Assembly (NCBI GenBank): GCA_965203515.1
Contig: OZ241907.1
Span: forward strand, 1,568,001-1,632,000
DNA: 64,000 bases
Reading direction: 5' to 3'
Source: Spirochaetia bacterium
GTDB lineage: Bacteria; Spirochaetota; Spirochaetia; SZUA-6; Bin103
Each line of letters starts with the position of its first letter. The stretch's first letter is position 1. Both the position numbers and the translations under genes were made by a program. Shown one piece after another: positions 57,099 through 64,000 of the stretch. The notes beneath the pieces are model-generated. The model saw only the letters and a list, made by a program, of their open reading frames with translations. It searched no databases and was not told the origin of the DNA.

Positions 57099-58385
57099 AT
57101 GACGGCACGAAGCGGGCGGTTCTACTACGGATGGGTGATCGTCGCCGCGTTCTTCGTGCTCAATGCCGCCGGCCAGGCCAGCGGCACGCTCAACTTCGGC
57201 CTGTTCGTCATCCCGATGGCGGAGGAACTCGGCCTCTCCCGACAGGCGATCGGCTGGGCGCAGACCATGCGCCTGTGGGCGAGCGGCGCGAGCGGCGTCC
57301 TGATCGGCCGCTGGCTCGACCGCCGCGGGCCGCGCGGTCCGATGCTGCTGGCGATCGTAGTGGCGACCGCCGGGCTTCTGCTGATGGCCCGCGCGCAGTC
57401 GGCGGCGGTGCTGTTTGGCGTGTTGCTGGCGTTGGGCGTCACCGGCTGGACCGCGCCGGCGGGCGGCGCGCTGATCGCCACGGTGCCGGTCTCCAAGTGG
57501 TTCATCCGGCTGCGCGGCCGCGCCACGGGGATCGTGCAGCTCGGCCTGGGGATCGGCGGCGCGATCTTCGTGCCGGTGACCCAGGCGCTCATCAGCGACG
57601 GCGGCTGGCGATCGGCCTGGGTGACGCTGGCGTGGTTGACGGCCGCCACCCTGCCGCTGGTGCTGCTGCTCCGCCGCCAGCCGAGCGACCTGGGGCTCGA
57701 AGCTGACGGCGGCCCGCCGGCGCGGACCCGGAACGGCGGCGCGGCTCGATCCGCCGTTTCGGACGCGAACGATTCGCCGGAGTCCGGGCACCACTGGACC
57801 CTGAGCGAGGCGATGCGCACGGCCGGCACGTGGAAGCTGAGCGCCGCGTTCGCGATCCTGGGGTTCCTGCTGGGCGCGGCCAGCGTGCACCGCATTCCGC
57901 ACTGGATCGAGCTCGGCTTTCACCCGGCGACCGTGTCGCTGGCGTTCAGCCTGGATGCCGGCACGGCCACCGTCATGGCGCTGGCCGCGGGCTTCGCGGT
58001 GGAGCGCCTGGACGCCCGGATCGTGGGGTTCGTCTCATGCGCGTCGTTCAGCGCGTCGGTAGCGCTGATGGCAGCGGCGCCGGCCTGGACGCCGCTGCTG
58101 TTCGTCTCCACGCTGCTGTTTGGCTGCGGGGTCGGTCTCTACATGGTCGTCCAGGGCGTGATCTGGGCCCAGTACTACGGCTGGCGGTTCGTGGGCGCCA
58201 TCCGCGGCGTAGTGCTGCCGTTCATCTTCCTGGCCAGCGGCCTCGGCGCACCGATCGCCGGCGCCCTGCGCGACGCCTCCGGCGACTACCGCAGCTCGTG
58301 GCTGCTGGTGACCGCACTCGCGATCGCGGCGGCGGCGCTGCTGCTGACCACTCGGCCGCCGCGCGCTCCGCGCGCCCGGCCGTGA
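57099..58385 (+). CDS. MFS transporter
   Basis: FYYGW, GRWLDRRGPR motif A, WF.R.RG.A.G; ~12 TM. Confidence 0.92.
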   Translation: MTARSGRFYYGWVIVAAFFVLNAAGQASGTLNFGLFVIPMAEELGLSRQAIGWAQTMRLWASGASGVLIGRWLDRRGPRGPMLLAIVVATAGLLLMARAQSAAVLFGVLLALGVTGWTAPAGGALIATVPVSKWFIRLRGRATGIVQLGLGIGGAIFVPVTQALISDGGWRSAWVTLAWLTAATLPLVLLLRRQPSDLGLEADGGPPARTRNGGAARSAVSDANDSPESGHHWTLSEAMRTAGTWKLSAAFAILGFLLGAASVHRIPHWIELGFHPATVSLAFSLDAGTATVMALAAGFAVERLDARIVGFVSCASFSASVALMAAAPAWTPLLFVSTLLFGCGVGLYMVVQGVIWAQYYGWRFVGAIRGVVLPFIFLASGLGAPIAGALRDASGDYRSSWLLVTALAIAAAALLLTTRPPRAPRARP

Positions 58386-58419
58386 CCGGACCGACCCGGA
58401 TGGGGATGTTCGCCACAGC

Positions 58420-59699
58420 CTAATCCGCTGTCTGCGCCGGAATTCTCACCAGAAGCCGCTTGCCCGCCAGCGTCTGGCGCGCCCAGAACAGGTTGTGGTA
58501 TTGATCGTTGCCCTCCTCCGCCAGTATTGCCCTGGCGGTCGCGCCGCTGCCCCCTCCGCCCGTAATCGTAACGGCGGGCGGTGACGGGTAACCGCTCCCC
58601 CCGTTCGTGACCGTCACCGACGTGACCTGGGTTTGCAGCACCGCGCTGCCGGTTGCCGTCCGGGGAGAACCACCGCCCGTCGAGGTCTGAAAGGTCACGG
58701 TCGGGGCGGACGTGTAGCCGCTCCCGGGGTTCGTGATCGTCACTCCGGTTACTTTTCGGTGCGCCACCTCCATGCGGGCGGCCGCACCGCTGCCCCCTCC
58801 GCCCGAGAACGTAATGGCAGGGGGAGACGTGAGGCTGTAGCCGCTCCCCCGGTCCCCCATGTCATAGGCGTAAACTCGACCGTTCTGTATAAGGATCGTT
58901 ACGGTTGCCTGGGTGCCGCCTGAGCCGGCCGGCGGAGGGTCGATCGTCGCGGTTGGGGGAGAAGTGTAACCGCTCCCCAGGTTCGAGAAAATCGGTCTGA
59001 CTACTTCGACTGTCATCGTCGTCGTTCCGGTCGCCGTGGTGCCGCCGGACGGCGCCGCCCCGAACGTCACGGATGGGCAACACCCGGAGTAATAATAGCC
59101 GCGTTCCGACCCCATCTGCACTCGCGCCACGCCGCCGGGCCCCACCGCGGCGCCTGTTGCCGCGGTGCCGCCTGCCGGCGGCGCCGCGATCGTCACGGTG
59201 GGAACCGAGGTGTAGCCGCTCCCCCCGTTCGTGAGCCTCACCGACTCCACGAAGCCCAGGTTTTCGGTCTGATCCGGAGCGGTGAGCACCAGCGTCACCG
59301 CGCCCGCCCGAACCTCGGCGGCAACCGACCACTCCGCGCCGGAGATGTCGGACGCGAAGACCGGCTCCGTACTCGTGCTCGTGAACGGCAGATCGTGTCC
59401 GTCGATCGAAACGTTCACTTCGGCGCCGGCGGTGATCGGCTCCCAGGCATACGTGGAACGGTTGGACACTTCGCCCACCAGATTCAGTTCATCATTACCA
59501 AAGTCCGCCGCGCTGATCGTCCAGCTCCTCTCTGCCGGTTGCGGAGTTGGCGTCGGCTCACTCGGTGGCTGCCCCCCCCCCCCCCCCCCCCTTGGGCCGG
59601 GTCGGTGGTTGTGGCGGGCGTGCGCGCCGCCGGCGCGCACGCCATCAGGGAGGCGACAGCGACGGCCAGCAACAGCGACAACCTCAAGTCTCTACCCAC
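58420..59699 (-). pseudogene. Repeat lipoprotein paralog B (6 repeats), frameshifted at a G20 tract (candidate phase-OFF allele)
   Basis: GGAGGAGG SD, GTG 59699, lipobox SLMAC in one frame; mature domain in another frame; frames join if the tract is 18 or 21 nt. Confidence 0.85.
59572..59591. repeat. C20 homopolymer (G20 on the coding strand) inside paralog B
   Basis: 20 consecutive C. Confidence 0.9.
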
Positions 59700-59917
59700 G
59701 ATCTCCTCCTCCCCGGTCGGCTCCGACGCCGAGCGGAGCCATGGTAGCACGCGATCCCAAGCTGACAACCCCGGCGGCGGTCAAGCGTTAAGGTCTGACG
59801 GCGCAACGGCAGCGCCGCATCGACATCCGGACCGCCCGGGCCGCTGGTGCCGAGCGGACTTCGGCGGCGAAGACGCAGGCGGACTCGTCGCGGCGCACTT
59901 CGGCAGCGAAGGCGGCA

Positions 59918-60706
59918 CTACGCGCCGGACGCCGGCGGATGCCGGAGCGCGCCGACGACGTAGTCCTTGGGGGAGAGCTCCTCGAACGGCTCCTTCTGGT
60001 TGGGCGCCTGGCCGATGCTCACCATCCGGTCGTTGCCGCCGAACGCGCACCAGCGCACGCCGTTGGCCAGCACGCGCAGCACCTGCGGATGGTGAAAGAT
60101 CGGATAGGTCTCGTGACCCGGCCGGAAGTAGAAGACGCGGCCCCGGCCGCGGTGCCACACCGCGCCGCTGCGGAACACCTCGCCTCCCTCGAACCAGCTC
60201 ACGAACAACAGCTCGTCCGGGTCGGGGATGTCGAAGAACTCGCCGTACATCTCCGCGTTGGGGATCTCGATGAAGCGCCCGCAGCCCTGCGTGATCGGGT
60301 GGTTCGGGCTCACCACCCACAGCCGCTCGCGCTCGGCCGCCTCGCGCCACGTCAGGCCGCAGCTCGTGCCCATCAGGCGCTTGAATATCTTCGAGAAGTG
60401 GCCGGAGTGGAGCACCACCAGCCCCATGCCGTGCAGGACGCGATCCTGCACGCGGTCGACGATGTCGTCGCGCACCTTGTCGTGGGCGGCGTGGCCCCAC
60501 CACATGAGCACGTCGGTGGCGTCGAGCACCTCCGCGGTCAGTCCGTGATCGGGCTGGTCGAGCGTGGCGGTGCGAACCTCCAGCCCTTCCTGCGCGCGCA
60601 GGTGACCGGCGATCTGCTCGTGAATGCCTTCGGGGTAGATGCCGCGGACGAACTCGTTGCTCCGTTCGTGGACGAACTCGTTCCAGACGGTGACGCGTAG
60701 GGGCAT
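59918..60706 (-). CDS. thuA: ThuA-like trehalose utilization protein
   Basis: [50 protein letters not shown]. Confidence 0.9.
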   Translation of the reverse strand: MPLRVTVWNEFVHERSNEFVRGIYPEGIHEQIAGHLRAQEGLEVRTATLDQPDHGLTAEVLDATDVLMWWGHAAHDKVRDDIVDRVQDRVLHGMGLVVLHSGHFSKIFKRLMGTSCGLTWREAAERERLWVVSPNHPITQGCGRFIEIPNAEMYGEFFDIPDPDELLFVSWFEGGEVFRSGAVWHRGRGRVFYFRPGHETYPIFHHPQVLRVLANGVRWCAFGGNDRMVSIGQAPNQKEPFEELSPKDYVVGALRHPPASGA

Positions 60707-60782
60707 GACTCGGATTCCTCCTGGTACGGCTGCCCGCAGACCGGCGGCCATGCGGGGCAGAACCCGTGCCGACTCTACCCGA

Positions 60783-62279
60783 TCATCCGGCCGCCTGCCG
60801 TTCCCACTTGGGCGCCTCGTCCGGAGTCGGCGAGTTGGCGAAGGTGCCGCGGGCGATCACCGCCTCGCGGCCGCCGAAGTCCGCGACCTTGCGCCGCTGG
60901 TCGGCATGGGCGCGCGCGTCGGCCTGGTCCGGATCGACGATGGCGCGCAGGCGCCGCTCGAACCCGCGCACGGTCGCGGCGTGCTCGGGTCGCCCGGCCA
61001 GATCCTCGACCTCGCCCGGGTCGGCGGCCAAGTCGAAGAGCTGCGGCCTCATACCGACGTAGTGGACGTACTTGTAGCGCGCGTCGCGCAGCAGGTAGAC
61101 GGCGCGGCGAAAGCCGACCGCGTGGTGCTCGCCGAACACGGTGCGGTCGCGGTCGCCGGCTGCGGCCAGGGCGAGCAGGTCGTCGCCCGGCACCGGCGCG
61201 GCCGACTCGTCCGGGAGCGGGCAGCCGGTCGCGCGCAGCACCGTGGGAAAGCAGTCGACCAGGCTCACCGGGGTGGCGACGGTACGGCCGGCCGGCACGC
61301 CGGGGCCGGCCATGATCAGCGGCACGGCGGCCGACTCGTCGTACATGGTCAGCTTGCCGGCGAGGCCGCGCGCGCCCATCGACTCGCCGTGATCGGAGGT
61401 ATAGATGACGCGCGTGCGGTCGCGGAGCCGGCAGGCGTCGAGCGCGGCGAGCACGCGGCCGATCTGCTCGTCCAGATGGGTGCAGGCCGCCAGGTACGCC
61501 CGCCGGTAGATCGAAAGCCGCTCGGCGGAGAGCGGCTCGCTTAGGTTGAGCAGGTCGCGCAGCTCCGCCAGCGCGGGATGGTCGGGCCGGTCGGCCGGCC
61601 GCTCCTGCGGCATCGCCCGGATCGCGCCCGGGTCATAGCGTTCGAAGTGGCGCGGCGGACCGATATACGGCGGATGCGGGCAGACGAACCCCACGAACAG
61701 CGCCCACGGCCGCCGGTCGCCGGCGTGGGCGCGCAGCCATTCGACGGCGTGGTCGGCGTTGCGGACGTCGTAGGCCAAGTAGCTCGAATCCCCGCAGCCG
61801 GCCTCCAGGACGCCGGCGCGCACGTCGCGGGCGGGCGGGTCCGAGCGCAGGCAGCCGAGCAGGTCGCCCACCCCGTCGACCACGTGCAGCGGCTCGATCT
61901 CCTGCGCGAAGCCGTTGTCGTCGCCGCCCCGGAAGTGGAGCTTGCCGATCGAGTCGCAGATCAGGCCGTGCCGGCGCAGGTGGTGGCCCCAGCTCGGCAC
62001 GCGGCCGTCATACGGATGGGCGTTGTCCCAGTAGCCGACGTCGTGCACGTAGCGGCCGGTGGCGAGCGAGGCGCGCGCCGGTACGCACAGCGGGCAGTTG
62101 GTGTAGGCGGCGGAGAAGCGGGCGCCGCCGGCGGCCAGGCGGTCCAGGTTGGGCGTGATGCCGTCGCCGCCGTAGCAGCCGAGGCCGCGCCGGTTGTGCT
62201 GATCGGAGAGGATGAACAGCAGGTTGGCGGGCGGGAGGGAGTGGGATTCCGACACCGAGGATGACGCTGAGAAGGACAC
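60783..62279 (-). CDS. Sulfatase (choline-sulfatase-like)
   Basis: [28 protein letters not shown]; start uncertain (GTG 62255 possible). Confidence 0.92.
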   Translation of the reverse strand: MSFSASSSVSESHSLPPANLLFILSDQHNRRGLGCYGGDGITPNLDRLAAGGARFSAAYTNCPLCVPARASLATGRYVHDVGYWDNAHPYDGRVPSWGHHLRRHGLICDSIGKLHFRGGDDNGFAQEIEPLHVVDGVGDLLGCLRSDPPARDVRAGVLEAGCGDSSYLAYDVRNADHAVEWLRAHAGDRRPWALFVGFVCPHPPYIGPPRHFERYDPGAIRAMPQERPADRPDHPALAELRDLLNLSEPLSAERLSIYRRAYLAACTHLDEQIGRVLAALDACRLRDRTRVIYTSDHGESMGARGLAGKLTMYDESAAVPLIMAGPGVPAGRTVATPVSLVDCFPTVLRATGCPLPDESAAPVPGDDLLALAAAGDRDRTVFGEHHAVGFRRAVYLLRDARYKYVHYVGMRPQLFDLAADPGEVEDLAGRPEHAATVRGFERRLRAIVDPDQADARAHADQRRKVADFGGREAVIARGTFANSPTPDEAPKWERQAAG

Positions 62280-62316
62280 TGAGAAGATCGCGCTCAGCCG
62301 TTACTATACCGCCTCG

Positions 62317-64000
62317 ATGGCCTCCACGAACCGAACCGTGCAGATCCGCGGTGATCTGGCGCGGCGATACGACGACGTCTATACCGCCGCGGCGCTCGAC
62401 GCGATCACGGCGCTGGCGGAACTCAACGAACCACGCCTCGACCTGATGCGCCGGCGCATCGACCGCCGCGCCGAACGGGCGCGCGAGCGGCGCCGCATCG
62501 ACTTCCTCCCCCCGGACGCGACGATCGCCGGCACGGGGCTCACCGCGGCCGACGCCCGCGCCGGGCGGTTCACCGGCAGCGCGATTCCCGGCGACCTGCA
62601 GCGGCAGTGGATCCAGGGGACCGGGCCGGGCGCCAAGCCCGACGCGCCGTTGCCGCGCAGCATCCGCAACGTCGCCTACGCCCTGCTGTCCGGCGCCGAC
62701 GGCTGGATGTTCGACGGCGAGGACGCCCTGGGGCAGGTGACGACGATGTCGCTCGACAACCAGCGCAACCTCCGCCTGGGCATCGCGCGCGCGCCCCAGT
62801 TCCTGGCCGCCGCCGAGGGGGTCGCCGTGGAGATGAACGCCTGGGCGCGCGCCTTCCTGAAGCGGCCGATCATCGACGACTGGCGCGCGCAGCTCGACCG
62901 CACCACGACGATCTTCCGCGCGCGCGGCCTGCACCTCGACGACCGCCACGTGCGCATGGCGGACGGCGCCGGCCTGTCCGCCTCGATCGTCGACGCCGCC
63001 CTGTACGTGACGGCCAACCAGGCGGCGTTGCGCGCGCGCGGCGCCTCGGTCGTGCTCTACCTGCCCAAGATCCAGACCGCGGCGGAGGCGGCCTTCTGGC
63101 ACCGGCTGCTCGCCGCGCTGGAGGGCCATCTGGGGCTGGCGGCCGGCACGGTGAAGACCTACGTCCTGGTCGAGCAGCTCGAAGCCTCGTTTCAGCTCAT
63201 GGAGATCCGCGCCGCGCTCGGCGCCCGCTTCGTGGGCTTCAACACCGGCCGCTGGGACTACATCAACAGCGTCGCCGACGCGATGGCGTGGGACGACCGG
63301 TTCGTGAACCCCAACATCGACGCGATCACCATGACCTACGGCTACATGCACGCCTACGAGGACCGCGTGCGGCGCGCCGTGAACACCCCCGACGCGGCGG
63401 GCCGCTGCGCCCTCTGGCAAGGGGGCATGGAGCCGAACATCCCGGTCGGCTCGGCAGCCGGCGTCGCGGCGTCGATGGCCAAGGCGGTGGCCGGCGCGGA
63501 ACGGGAGCAGCAGGCGGGCGCCAGCGGCAAGTGGGTCGCCCACTGGAAGATGGTGCACGTCGTGCGACCGGTCTGGGAGCGTGTCGGGGAGGTCAATCAG
63601 CTCGGCCGGCGGTTCCCGCCGCTCACCCATTCCGCCGCGGACGCGGACCGGCTGCTGGAGCTGGAGCCGGCGCCGCGCACGATCCGCGGCGCGCGCGACC
63701 TGCTGAGCGTCGCCCTGCAGTACGGCAACGCCTTCGGCCAGGGCATGCAGGCGGCGGCGCTCAAGCCGGCCGATCACTTCGGCGATGACGACGTGCTGTA
63801 CCTGATGGAGGACATGGCCACCGGCGAGATCCGTTTGAGCATCCTGTGGGAGTGGCTGCACAAGGAGGCGGCGCTGACCGACGCCGACCCGGAACTGGGC
63901 GTCGCCGCCGGCGCGCGCTTCGACGCGGGGCTGTTCGCGCGGCTGCTGGACGAGGAGTACGCGAAGCTGCTGGTGGCGGCCGACCGCGACGTGCATGAGG
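62317..64000 (+). CDS. aceB: Malate synthase, partial (runs off the right edge)
   Basis: My translation from ATG 62317: MFDGED, FRARGLHL, LYLPKIQ, GFNTGRWDYINS, QGGM, GKWVAH, LMEDMATGEIR; absent from the ORF track because no stop lies in the window. Confidence 0.9.
   Translation, partial: MASTNRTVQIRGDLARRYDDVYTAAALDAITALAELNEPRLDLMRRRIDRRAERARERRRIDFLPPDATIAGTGLTAADARAGRFTGSAIPGDLQRQWIQGTGPGAKPDAPLPRSIRNVAYALLSGADGWMFDGEDALGQVTTMSLDNQRNLRLGIARAPQFLAAAEGVAVEMNAWARAFLKRPIIDDWRAQLDRTTTIFRARGLHLDDRHVRMADGAGLSASIVDAALYVTANQAALRARGASVVLYLPKIQTAAEAAFWHRLLAALEGHLGLAAGTVKTYVLVEQLEASFQLMEIRAALGARFVGFNTGRWDYINSVADAMAWDDRFVNPNIDAITMTYGYMHAYEDRVRRAVNTPDAAGRCALWQGGMEPNIPVGSAAGVAASMAKAVAGAEREQQAGASGKWVAHWKMVHVVRPVWERVGEVNQLGRRFPPLTHSAADADRLLELEPAPRTIRGARDLLSVALQYGNAFGQGMQAAALKPADHFGDDDVLYLMEDMATGEIRLSILWEWLHKEAALTDADPELGVAAGARFDAGLFARLLDEEYAKLLVAADRDVHE

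Noticed and set aside
62008..63996. 662-aa minus-strand ORF
   Set aside because: Antisense to the malate synthase on the plus strand

Overview
High-GC (roughly 70%, by eye) bacterial chromosome segment, most likely Spirochaetota. The block murC-yicC-cmk-rpoZ-miaA-folP-acpS-truA-udg-priA-def-fmt-PASTA matches spirochete gene order as I recall it. PhyH-HEAT fusion, sulfatases, NHLP peptides and an Rpn gene suggest a marine or sponge-type symbiont (inference). The window holds about 55 CDS, tRNA-Gly(CCC) and tRNA-Glu(TTC). Two real genes are missing from the ORF track: a 29-aa bS22-like protein and a malate synthase running off the right edge. Main candidates: (1) a minimal RiPP locus with two duplicated NHLP-leader precursors carrying Trp-rich, Cys-free cores next to an unrecognised 362-aa putative maturase; (2) two paralogous GSGYTSAP-repeat lipoproteins, each with a long G/C homopolymer (23 nt in a 5' UTR; 20 nt frameshifting the CDS), i.e. 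a candidate phase-variable surface family; (3) a lower-GC three-gene operon ending in an MBL-fold hydrolase, a candidate defence system; (4) a fragmented type I R-M locus containing an intact Rpn gene with an internal antitoxin-like start and a second Rpn remnant; (5) many apparently leaderless promoters. All calls come from reading the sequence and recalling motifs; no searches were run.
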